Assembly: GCA_964373695.1 (NCBI GenBank)
Contig: CAYJVT010000004.1
Span: 1 to 58,275, forward strand
Source: an uncultured archaeon
Lineage (GTDB): Archaea > Aenigmatarchaeota > Aenigmatarchaeia > GW2011-AR5
Direction of reading: 5' to 3'
Length of the DNA stretch: 58,275 nt
The position numbers and the translations under genes are program-made. This document shows, in pieces, positions 1 to 7,993 of this stretch (positions within the stretch are counted from its first letter, which is position 1; each line of letters starts with the position of its first letter). The notes below the pieces were generated by a model. That model was given only the letters and a program-made list of their open reading frames with translations. It searched no databases and was not told the DNA's origin.

Positions 1-203
1 TCTTTTTCCAAATGTTTCCTTATATTTTCAAGATTATCATTTTTATCGTTATGATTTCCTAAAATTAGTATAGCCATACCCCTTGCAGATTCTGTTATAG
101 TATTATGGTCATCTATGAAAAATTGTTTTTCTTTTTCTGTAAACCTTTCTATACGTTGTAGTTTATTTTGTTTCTCTTTATCATCTTTTTCTGATATTAT
201 CAT
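1..203 (-). CDS. hypothetical protein, N-terminal part only (gene runs off left edge)
   Basis: ATG at 203 (minus) opens an unbroken frame MIISEKDDKEKQNKLQRIERFTEKEKQFF... to position 1. The region is very AT-rich compared with the neighbouring asnB. No family recognised. Confidence 0.35.
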   Translation of the reverse strand, partial: MIISEKDDKEKQNKLQRIERFTEKEKQFFIDDHNTITESARGMAILILGNHNDKNDNLENIRKHLEK

Positions 204-322
204 ACTTATAAAATATATTTATAATCTTTAAAATCATAAAAAGTCCCTATCCGTTACATCAACCTCAAAGTTCCGTAGATGTTACAGAATCTCAATGAAT
301 AAACTATTTTTTATTTAACAGC

Positions 323-2188
323 TCAAAAATTATTAATCGTCTTGAGTCCCCTGCTTTCGATGAAAGTCCTGTGCCACAGCTCGAACGTTATGAGAGTCCA
401 GAGCTGCCTCTCGCGGATGAGCTTCGAGTTCCTGTAGTCGCCGAGCATTTTTTCTATGAAGGATTTCCTGAAAAACTCGCTCTCGCCGAGTATGCCGCAC
501 ATGTCGAGGAGCTGCCTTTCCCCCCAGAAATGTACGGGAGTGATAAAGGTTCTTTTCTTGCGCTTCGCTATCTGCGGGGGCAGCATCCCGCGAAGGGCTC
601 TTCTCAGCACGTACTTGTCGCCTGTCCTGAGGCTTGGCGGGAGGCGGGAGGCGAATTCCACCAGCCTGTAGTCAAGGAAGGGCGCCCTGCCCTCGACTGA
701 ATTCGCCATCGTCATCCTGTCAAGGCGGGGGAGTATGTAGTTCGGCAGCCATATGTTCGCGTCGATAAGGAGCATCCTGTTCGGGAGGTTTGTGCCGGCG
801 CTGAAAAAAGGACTGAACAGACTTTCCGCCGGCCGGCCGGCGAATTTGCAAAGCCCCTTTTTCTCGTCATCATTGAAGGCGCTCACAAGGCTCGAGTACA
901 TTGCAGGCTCGTTTCCCACGTTTCTCACATATTCAGCAAGCCTTTCCCTCCCCTTGTCTCCCATCGACGCCGGATACTCGAAGAACCTGTTGAGGACAGA
1001 AAGAGGAAGCCGCCTCACGGCGCCGGATGCAAGCCTCTTTGAGAACATGACGCCTTTCATCTTTTGCGTCGCCAGCATCGCCTTTTCGTGCGCATACCCG
1101 GAGAAGAGCTCGTCGCTCCCCTCTCCCGTCAGCACCACGGTGACGTGCTTCCTGGCAAGCTGCGATATGAGATAAGTCGGGATGTTTGTTATGTCCGCGA
1201 GCGGCTCATCAAGGTGCCACACGAGCTTCGGGAGGAGCTTCTTCAAGTCCGTGCCTTCGACCACGAATTCCCTGTGATTGGTGCCGTAGAATTCCGAGGC
1301 CAGCCTTGCGTAGCCGGTTTCGTCGGATTCAAGCCCGAAGCCTATCGAGAAAGTTTTAATCTCCGGAGCGCTCTCTTTCATCAGAGCAACGATCGCGGTG
1401 GAATCGAGGCCGCCCGAAAGATAGACCCCGAGAGGGACCTCGCTTATGAGCCTCTTTCTGACCGAATCCTGGAGAAGAGACTTCAGGCTTTCAAGATAGA
1501 AATTCCTCTTTTCAGATTTTTCACCGCGGAATTCAATGTCCCAGTATTTCCTTATTGAGGGCTTGCCTCTGCTGTATACCATCACGCATCCAGGCGGCAG
1601 CTTGTAAATCCCGCTGAGCATCGTTTCGTTACCGGGGCAGTATCTCAGCGAAAGATAGTTATACAGGACTTTCCTGTTAACGCTTCGCTTCACGCCGTCG
1701 TGAAGCAGGAGAGCTTTCATCTCCGAGGCAAACAAGAGATTTCTTCCGAGCATCGTATAATAAAGCGGCTTCTTCCCAAGCCTGTCCCTTGCAAGGATGA
1801 GAATTTTCTTTTTGCTGTCCCACAAGGCTATCGCGAACATGCCGTTCAGTTTTTCCGGGAAGCGAATGCCGTATTCCTCGTAGGCGTGGACGATGCATTC
1901 GGTGTCGCTGCTTGTATAGAATTTATGCCCTTTCTTTTCAAGCTCTGTCCGGAGTTCCCTGTAGTTATATACTTCTCCATTGAAGATGCACCATATGTCG
2001 CGGGCCTCGTTGTGCACCGGCTGCTTCCCACCCTTCACGTCTATTATGCTGAGCCTCCTCATCCCGAGGCCTATGCCTGCGTCAGTGAAGTAGCCGTCGT
2101 CGTCAGGCCCCCTGTACCTGATGAGGCGCCCCATCTTCCTCAGCAGCGCCTTGTCGGAAAAACCGGCCGTGCCGAATATGCCGCACAT
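323..2188 (-). CDS. asnB: asparagine synthase (glutamine-hydrolysing)
   Basis: The ORF 323..2206 contains MCGIFG, with the class-II amidotransferase nucleophile Cys directly after Met. Start is therefore placed at 2188. SGGLDS PP-loop motif and AsnB-like C-terminal domain are present. Confidence 0.9.
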   Translation of the reverse strand: MCGIFGTAGFSDKALLRKMGRLIRYRGPDDDGYFTDAGIGLGMRRLSIIDVKGGKQPVHNEARDIWCIFNGEVYNYRELRTELEKKGHKFYTSSDTECIVHAYEEYGIRFPEKLNGMFAIALWDSKKKILILARDRLGKKPLYYTMLGRNLLFASEMKALLLHDGVKRSVNRKVLYNYLSLRYCPGNETMLSGIYKLPPGCVMVYSRGKPSIRKYWDIEFRGEKSEKRNFYLESLKSLLQDSVRKRLISEVPLGVYLSGGLDSTAIVALMKESAPEIKTFSIGFGLESDETGYARLASEFYGTNHREFVVEGTDLKKLLPKLVWHLDEPLADITNIPTYLISQLARKHVTVVLTGEGSDELFSGYAHEKAMLATQKMKGVMFSKRLASGAVRRLPLSVLNRFFEYPASMGDKGRERLAEYVRNVGNEPAMYSSLVSAFNDDEKKGLCKFAGRPAESLFSPFFSAGTNLPNRMLLIDANIWLPNYILPRLDRMTMANSVEGRAPFLDYRLVEFASRLPPSLRTGDKYVLRRALRGMLPPQIAKRKKRTFITPVHFWGERQLLDMCGILGESEFFRKSFIEKMLGDYRNSKLIRERQLWTLITFELWHRTFIESRGLKTINNF

Positions 2189-2247
2189 AACTATCTTTCT
2201 CTGCAAAATGGTTAAATGCCTGAAAATTCAACCGTCCAGAAAGAGAG

Positions 2248-2679
2248 CTAACGGATTATCGGAATTTCGGATATTCCCATATTCCAGATGGTTTCCGCAT
2301 CTTCTTTGCCGAAGCCGAGTGCCATGAAAAGCCTGACTGTGTATTCCTTTCCTACGGATGCAGAATCAGCGGTGGCTCCGACGTCGCCCCCGCGCATGTA
2401 AGTGCTGAGAATATCGATTATCGTTTCTACACGTTCTGCGTACAGCTTTTGCTGACTAATGTCTTCTCTTCTTAGATTTCCAAAAGAAGGAGGATGTTCT
2501 GTAATCCATTCTTCATATGATAGACCCTCTCTTAAGATGTTTCCGAAGACGTCATATAAAGACTCTATGCCTTCCCTGGCGTGTCTTATACGCTTCCCCA
2601 ATTGCTCACGATAGTATTGGGGCAATCTTTCCACATCGTCCATGGGGTTTCTGGGACTAGTTTCGCCCATACAAATCAC
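2248..2679 (-). CDS. hypothetical protein
   Basis: 143-aa ORF in an otherwise unoccupied gap, with codon usage like its neighbours. No motif recognised. Confidence 0.45.
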   Translation of the reverse strand: MICMGETSPRNPMDDVERLPQYYREQLGKRIRHAREGIESLYDVFGNILREGLSYEEWITEHPPSFGNLRREDISQQKLYAERVETIIDILSTYMRGGDVGATADSASVGKEYTVRLFMALGFGKEDAETIWNMGISEIPIIR

Positions 2680-2714
2680 TATTTCAATTAACTATAAAAA
2701 TACAAGCGTGATGC

Positions 2715-4070
2715 CTAAAAAACCCCCAAAACCCGAAGGACCGCCATGAGGCTTACAACGCCTATAATATCAGCCGAACTTGCTATAAGCGGCAGGGTGG
2801 TGTTGTCCGGGTCGAGGTTGAACTTGAAGGATATTATTGACATGAAAAGTGCTATTGCTATCACGGCAGTCGTCAGTACAATGCCCGATATTATCATGGC
2901 TTTCGTGATGGCGATGATGTCTACCCCTCCTATCCCTATCATGGCGCCCGCCGCGAACGTCAGCAGACCCAGAACCGGGAACAGGATGAAAGAAAATATG
3001 TACGAGTTGATTATCTCCTCCCTTGAGCCTTCAATGGAAAATTTCGGCTCTATCGCCCCCAGATGAAGCTTCGTCGAGAGCCTTGACGCCAGTATGTTGC
3101 CTATGTTCCCGCCCTGCTCAAGGAATCCCGGTATCAGAAGCAGTATTATGGGGAGCACGGCAAGGTTTCCCATGTTCGACTGGAGTATCATGCCGGCGAA
3201 GGCGTCGAGCAGAATGCCTGCAAAAAGGATGGGCGAGCTCTGCCTCACTATCTCGGCAAAATACGCCTTCCCGGCTTTTGCCATGCGGAAGACGCATACC
3301 GCGAAAACGGCGAAAACTATCACTGCTGCGGGAAGGACAAGCTGCTGGAACGAGAGGATGAAAAATGCGGCAAGGAGGAGCGACGGTATGGTAAACATGT
3401 CGCCCAGCGCTGTTATTATCGGGGACGATATGTTGTCCGGATTCCATCCCCTCTTGAACGAGGCGAACGCGATAATGAAAGTCATTGCCAGAAGTATGGC
3501 GCCTGATATGATCCCGCCCATGAAGGATATCACGACAAGCGAAATGAGCGTTATGCTTTCTATGCCGAATGCAAGAAGGATGACCCTCGCGATGAACGCG
3601 AGAAGCACGGAGAAAATGACCGACAGGACCATCGACGAATATACGTTGCTCCTGATTATGTGGTTGTCCTTCGAGAAGCCTTTTACCGTGCCGAGGTGCA
3701 ATGCAGAGCCAAGCCTCGAGCCCAGCGACGAAAATATGTTGCCCCGCATTCCTATTGCAGCCGGGACCAGGACCAAAAGCCCCGGCAGCGCTATGAGCAT
3801 TTCCTCATAATGCCCAAGGAATATGCCGGCAAACAGCCCGGCAAGGATGCTTATGGCGTACGCGACCGAAGTCTGCCTGAAGAACGACGAGTTCTTTCTC
3901 ATGTACTTCGCAAAGCGCCTTGCAGAATCCGCAAGGCTGTCGCCAGCCGTGACATCCCTTCCCATCGGATCCAGCGCGGGCCTGTGGTATTCGTAGGTAT
4001 GATCCTCAGAAACGAATATCCTCTTCAGGAGGCGCCTTGCCCTGCCCCTTTTCCAGGCTTGTTTCATCAT
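2715..4070 (-). CDS. MgtE-type divalent cation transporter, duplicated membrane domain
   Basis: Polytopic membrane protein with two copies of the MgtE/SLC41-type signature: NPDNISSPIITALGDM and DPDNTTLPLIASSADIIG. Confidence 0.75.
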   Translation of the reverse strand: MMKQAWKRGRARRLLKRIFVSEDHTYEYHRPALDPMGRDVTAGDSLADSARRFAKYMRKNSSFFRQTSVAYAISILAGLFAGIFLGHYEEMLIALPGLLVLVPAAIGMRGNIFSSLGSRLGSALHLGTVKGFSKDNHIIRSNVYSSMVLSVIFSVLLAFIARVILLAFGIESITLISLVVISFMGGIISGAILLAMTFIIAFASFKRGWNPDNISSPIITALGDMFTIPSLLLAAFFILSFQQLVLPAAVIVFAVFAVCVFRMAKAGKAYFAEIVRQSSPILFAGILLDAFAGMILQSNMGNLAVLPIILLLIPGFLEQGGNIGNILASRLSTKLHLGAIEPKFSIEGSREEIINSYIFSFILFPVLGLLTFAAGAMIGIGGVDIIAITKAMIISGIVLTTAVIAIALFMSIISFKFNLDPDNTTLPLIASSADIIGVVSLMAVLRVLGVF

Positions 4071-4079
4071 CGCACCCCA

Positions 4080-4664
4080 TCATAATTTCTTCGCACCCCC
4101 CTCGGCCAGCTTACGCAGCTTCTTGCAGCTGGTTTTTGGCCCTATGCCTATGAGGATATCGTTCTTCATCATCTGCGTGGTCTTCCTCGGGTTGAACAGC
4201 CATTTGCTTCCGCGCCTTATGGCTATTATATGTATGCCGGTCTCGGTCTTGAGGCGGAGCTCCCCAAGCGTCTGGTTCATGAGGATGGAATTCTGCCCTA
4301 TCATGGCCCTCGTTATGCTCTCGTCGCTTTCCTGCAGGGCTTCCTTTATTATAGGGTGAAGCTCGCGGTTGTCAAGCACGAGCTGGCTCATGTTCCTCGC
4401 CGCGCTTGCGACGCGCTTGGCGCTCTCCACCACCTCGACGACGCTCAGCAGCTTCTTGGCAAGATGCGTCTCCCTCGACGCCGAAAAGAGGTGTATAAGC
4501 AGCTTCTCCTCTATTTCCTCCGTCCTCTCGTAGAGCTCCACTACCTCGGAGGCTATGTCCTTGCTCGAGAAAAACACCGATGAATAAGCCAGGTCGAGCA
4601 TGAGGCTCGACAGGTTCTTTATTTCCTCAAGAAGTTCCTTGACGTTTTCCTGCATAAGCATCAC
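4080..4664 (-). CDS. PhoU-like plus TrkA-C (RCK-C) domain regulatory protein
   Basis: The C-terminus LGELRLKTETGIHIIAIRRGSKWLFNP...NDILIGIG is a typical TrkA-C domain. The N-terminal helical half is PhoU-like. It lies 9 nt upstream of the MgtE-type gene, a common archaeal pairing. Confidence 0.65.
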   Translation of the reverse strand: MMLMQENVKELLEEIKNLSSLMLDLAYSSVFFSSKDIASEVVELYERTEEIEEKLLIHLFSASRETHLAKKLLSVVEVVESAKRVASAARNMSQLVLDNRELHPIIKEALQESDESITRAMIGQNSILMNQTLGELRLKTETGIHIIAIRRGSKWLFNPRKTTQMMKNDILIGIGPKTSCKKLRKLAEGGAKKL

Positions 4665-4718
4665 CTGAATAGATTTGCCAACCCGAAGATTTAAAACGAT
4701 TTGCCGCAGAGGATTAGC

Positions 4719-5060
4719 ATGAATCTCAATAGCGCGGAAAGAACCTATGAAATTGAGCCGAGGGAAGATGCCATGTCTCGTGTCGGAAGCTTAAGACGAG
4801 GTCTATATGAAAGAGGATTCGTTCCGGCATGGAAACGTCAGAGAAATACCGGAATGCATACCATTGTTCTGGCACGTTTCGGAAATACGTATGAGGTGCG
4901 GATTTCATACGACATGACCAGAGCAACTATTTCAAGCCCGCAGGTGAAGAGTCCTGAATATGAAGGTGATGATATGGCCCTCATAAAGCGATACCTTGAG
5001 CAAGTGCTTGAAGGACTGAAGGAAGAGCCTAAATTGGCAACTGATATGGAGACACGATAA
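4719..5060 (+). CDS. hypothetical protein
   Basis: ORF 4701..5060 with its first ATG at 4719. The stop overlaps the next start (TAATG), suggesting an operon with the glutaredoxin-like gene. Confidence 0.45.
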   Translation: MNLNSAERTYEIEPREDAMSRVGSLRRGLYERGFVPAWKRQRNTGMHTIVLARFGNTYEVRISYDMTRATISSPQVKSPEYEGDDMALIKRYLEQVLEGLKEEPKLATDMETR

Positions 5061-5377
5061 TGCAGCCGAAAATCGTAGCGTACCTCAAGCCGCACTGCGG
5101 ATGGAGCGCCGGAGTAAGAGCGATAATGAAGAAGTACGCTCTTGCGTACGAGGACAGGGACATAATAAGCGACCCCTTCCAGTTCCAGGAGATGGCCAGG
5201 AAGTCCGGGCAGACATTGTCGCCGTGCGTCGAGGTCAACGGCACGATGCTTGCAGACGTTTCCGGAGAAGAGGTCGAGAATTATCTTGTTGAAAAGAGAT
5301 ACGTCGAGCGGAAGGACGACGAGCCCGAGGCGTCGATTGATTCTGCGTGCGGCGACGAGCACGTGCACGGAAATTAA
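5060..5377 (+). CDS. glutaredoxin-like (thioredoxin-fold) protein
   Basis: IVAYLKPHCGWSAGVRAIMKKY...SPCVEVNG has the single-Cys CGWS motif and the layout of small glutaredoxin-like proteins. Confidence 0.6.
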   Translation: MQPKIVAYLKPHCGWSAGVRAIMKKYALAYEDRDIISDPFQFQEMARKSGQTLSPCVEVNGTMLADVSGEEVENYLVEKRYVERKDDEPEASIDSACGDEHVHGN

Positions 5378-5435
5378 GGATGTTCTACTTCGTGGGAAAG
5401 CCGCCTTTTAATCGTTTCATTCTACAATCAGAAGA

Positions 5436-6401
5436 ATGCCTGACATATACGAGTTCGAGCTGATAACGCCCGAGAAGAAGGACGAGCTGCTCGACGGAAT
5501 AAATGGCAGGAAAATAAATACAGAGAAGGCGTACATCCATGGGATGTGCATAGAACTGATAACCGACAGCAAGGAATTCAAGGAGTTCTGGCAGGACAAC
5601 TTCCACCACATATCGGAGCACATAAGGCCTCATGGCAGGGTCATCGCAATACAGCATCCCGGATACGGGAAGCCGGAGTTCCTCTACGAGCCCATGTCCA
5701 AGACGTGCTTCGTCATGAACTGCGACTATTACGGGTACGTGAAGAGCATTGCCCTGGCAGTGGCAGCCGACTTCCTCGAGGACTATCATTCGCTTACGAA
5801 CAGGTACTCAATACACGGCTCGTGCATAGACATAGAAGGCCGCGGCCTTGTCATAATAGCCCCCTCAAACACTGGAAAGACGACTCACAGCTTCGGCCTG
5901 CTTCTTTACAGGAACGCGAGCCTGGTCAGCGACGACTGGCTGTTCGTCCGGATGAAGAAGGACACCGCCATCGCATACTCGTCGGAGCGCAACAGCTACA
6001 TAAGAGACGACATAGGGAAGAACTGGAAAATCTTCCAGCCGCTTGTCGACAACGCCACACTCGACAAGAAAGGCCGCGGCATTGCCAGCGTGCAGGACGT
6101 GATAGGGCGCGACAGGACGAGGGAGACGACCACGATAAAAAGCGTCTTCATACTCAAGAGGGACGCCTCGGACAACAGGATGATATATAAACTGTCTCCG
6201 GACGAAGCCGTGGAATACATATCGAAGCACTATTACTGCAACCCCTACCAGCTTGTCAGGGACGAAAGGAAGATACGCCTGCGCACGGCGTTCTTCATAC
6301 AGCTTTTCTCCATGCTGGACGTCTACATGGTCAACACCGTGAAGCCGCCGGAGGAGACGCAGGCCGAAATCCGCAAGCTTGTTGATGAAATCTTCAAGTA
6401 A
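5436..6401 (+). CDS. HPr-kinase/PEPCK-like P-loop protein of unknown function
   Basis: IHGSCIDIEGRGLVIIAPSNTGKTTHSFGLL...LVSDDWLFV resembles the HprK C-terminal / PEP carboxykinase nucleotide-binding core (HG..v...G.gvli.G.SG.GKt..a..L......l.sDD). Confidence 0.5.
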   Translation: MPDIYEFELITPEKKDELLDGINGRKINTEKAYIHGMCIELITDSKEFKEFWQDNFHHISEHIRPHGRVIAIQHPGYGKPEFLYEPMSKTCFVMNCDYYGYVKSIALAVAADFLEDYHSLTNRYSIHGSCIDIEGRGLVIIAPSNTGKTTHSFGLLLYRNASLVSDDWLFVRMKKDTAIAYSSERNSYIRDDIGKNWKIFQPLVDNATLDKKGRGIASVQDVIGRDRTRETTTIKSVFILKRDASDNRMIYKLSPDEAVEYISKHYYCNPYQLVRDERKIRLRTAFFIQLFSMLDVYMVNTVKPPEETQAEIRKLVDEIFK

Positions 6402-6435
6402 ATAACTTTATCTCCGCCCGTTCGGATAATTTCTT

Positions 6436-7362
6436 ATGCTCCTTGCCCTCGTGCTTCTCGCCGCAGGCTTCATTGTCCTGCTGAAGGCAAGCGACTACAC
6501 CGTGAGGAACTCGATATCACTCTCAAGGCAGAGCGGCATAAGCGAAATCATAATAGGGTTCGTCTTCGTAGCGATAGGAACTTCGATGCCCGAATTATCC
6601 ATAGCCATAATCTCGTCGCTTCACGGGAACGGCTTGCTGAGCTTCGGCAATCTCATAGGAGCCAATGTGATGCTGCTTACTCTCGTATTCGGCGTGATGG
6701 CGCTCATCGGCTTCAAGATACAGAAGGAGCGCCTCATGGAGATAAACCAGGCTGTAATCTTTGCCGCAATAATTGCAGTGTTCCTCATATACCTGATGAA
6801 GGTGGACATTGCATTCGGAATCTTTTCCATAATCCTGTTCTATGCGTTCCTGAAGAACATATACAGCGAGGAAAAGAAAATTGAAAGGAAAAGGCCCTCG
6901 AGAAACAGGAAAAAGACGGCAAAAATTCTCCTATACCTTCTTGCATCGATAGCCCTTGTCGTGGTCGGCGCCGAGATGATAACAAAGTCCGCCACGGAAA
7001 TCTCAGCCCTGCTTGGTCTTGGCAACACAGTGATAGGCGCAACCCTTCTTGCGCTGGGAACCACGATACCCGAATTCAGCGTCAACATAATGGCGCTGAG
7101 AAGGAAGGACATAAACCTGGCGATAGGCGACACCATCGGAAGCATAGTCACCAACATAACCCTGATACTTGGCGTAGCGGCCATAATAAACCCCATATCC
7201 ATAGACGCGTCCGGCAGGCTCGCCCTGGTGACGATGCTCATTGCGAGCGGCATCTTCCTCTACTTTGCGACGCACCTCAAGCTGAGAAAGGAGCAAGGGA
7301 TAATACTCATCGCCTCATACGCCATTTTCCTTTACCTCATGCTCTCCGGAACCGTGATATAA
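6436..7362 (+). CDS. Ca2+/cation antiporter (CaCA / NCX_Mj-like)
   Basis: About 10 TM segments with two alpha-repeat signatures, GTSMPELSIAIISS and GTTIPEFSVNIMA. Confidence 0.85.
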   Translation: MLLALVLLAAGFIVLLKASDYTVRNSISLSRQSGISEIIIGFVFVAIGTSMPELSIAIISSLHGNGLLSFGNLIGANVMLLTLVFGVMALIGFKIQKERLMEINQAVIFAAIIAVFLIYLMKVDIAFGIFSIILFYAFLKNIYSEEKKIERKRPSRNRKKTAKILLYLLASIALVVVGAEMITKSATEISALLGLGNTVIGATLLALGTTIPEFSVNIMALRRKDINLAIGDTIGSIVTNITLILGVAAIINPISIDASGRLALVTMLIASGIFLYFATHLKLRKEQGIILIASYAIFLYLMLSGTVI

Positions 7363-7372
7363 TCACGCAATT

Positions 7373-7468
7373 TATAGTGAAACAAGCAAATAAACAGGAT
7401 ATGATTTGCTTGTTTCACATATAGTGCCAGAGAAAAGTATATATTGAATCTTTTCTTTGAGCACTATA
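7373..7468 (+). mobile_element. MITE-like double-hairpin element, divergent copy 1 (intergenic)
   Basis: tatagtgaaacaagc...tgcttgtttcacatatagtgcc...gagcactata. All three arm segments are identical to copies 2 and 3, the loop sequences differ, and the element is flanked by TA/TA. Confidence 0.7.
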
Positions 7469-7471
7469 AAT
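7464..7471 (+). promoter_or_regulatory. candidate TATA box for tRNA-Cys, formed by the MITE terminus
   Basis: ctataaat ends 25 nt upstream of the tRNA 5' end (7496), the usual archaeal TATA-to-TSS spacing. Confidence 0.35.
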
Positions 7472-7495
7472 GTATTACAAACAATTTCTAACCAT

Positions 7496-7665
7496 GCTGG
7501 CGTGACAGAACGGCCATCTGCAAACGGAAGATGCAGACCGCAGATGTGACCGCCTGCAGACAAAGCCCTTTTCTTAAAAGAAAATGGCTTTGTATGTCCC
7601 AAAAGAAATTTTAGGGATATTATTGCAGCAAGCGGTATAACCCGGTTCAACTCCGGGCGCCAGCT
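7496..7665 (+). tRNA. tRNA-Cys(GCA) with a 71-nt canonical intron and a putative ~27-nt D-arm intron
   Basis: - Acceptor GCTGGCG(7496-7502)/CGCCAGC(7658-7664).
- T-arm CCCGG-TTCAACT-CCGGG (7641-7657).
- Anticodon stem ACCGC(7549-7553)/GCGGT(7632-7636).
- Loop CTGCAGA with anticodon GCA at 7556-7558.
- D-loop AACGGCCA.
- Removing 7560-7630 and 7517-7543 gives a 72-nt cloverleaf. Confidence 0.75.
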
Positions 7666-7669
7666 CTCG

Positions 7670-7981
7670 ATGAGGACGATAAAAGTAAGAGTAATCCCCA
7701 ACGCAAAAAGGAGTGGGATATAGTGCTCCAATGAAATAAAAAGGATATTATATCATTGGGCACTATATGTGAAACAAGCTATAATGTCGGTATTATTTTC
7801 TTGTTTCACTATAAAGGAAGAACCCGGCATGCTGAAAGTCAGGCTGAAGGCGAAGCCGGAAGACGGCAAGGCGAATGCCGAGCTGATAAGAGTCCTTTCG
7901 GCACATTTCGGCGCGGGAAAAAACGGCGTGAGGATTCTGAAAGGGCTGAAGTCGCGCGATAAAACAGTTCTGATAGAGTAA
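7670..7981 (+). pseudogene. DUF167 (YggU-like) gene interrupted by a MITE insertion
   Basis: 7670-7720 encodes MRTIKVRVIPNAKRSGI. 7814-7981 encodes KEEPGMLKVRLKAKPEDGKANAELIRVLSAHFG...SRDKTVLIE in the same frame. Joined, they match the DUF167 pattern (v.v.P.Ak...i....lkv...a.P.dGkAN..li..L). The intervening 93 nt starts with an in-frame TAG. Confidence 0.75.
7719..7813 (-). mobile_element. MITE-like double-hairpin element, copy 2 (inside DUF167 gene)
   Basis: 95 nt are the exact reverse complement of 45276-45370, checked base by base. It has TAGTG/CACTA termini and TA on both sides. Confidence 0.8.
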
Positions 7982-7993
7982 GACAGTGAAAAA

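Noticed and set aside
7372-7731. 119-aa minus-strand ORF
   Set aside because: It runs through MITE copy 1, the whole tRNA-Cys gene and into MITE copy 2. The region is better explained by those RNA and repeat features.
7719-7813. MITE copies as BHB-type mRNA introns removed by the tRNA splicing endonuclease (93 nt, frame-preserving in both genes)
   Set aside because: The element ends pair as a continuous TATAGTG/CACTATA helix, with no 3-nt bulges at the would-be splice sites. Frame preservation follows simply from the fixed 93-nt length, and copy 1 is intergenic. It is kept only as something RNA-seq could exclude.
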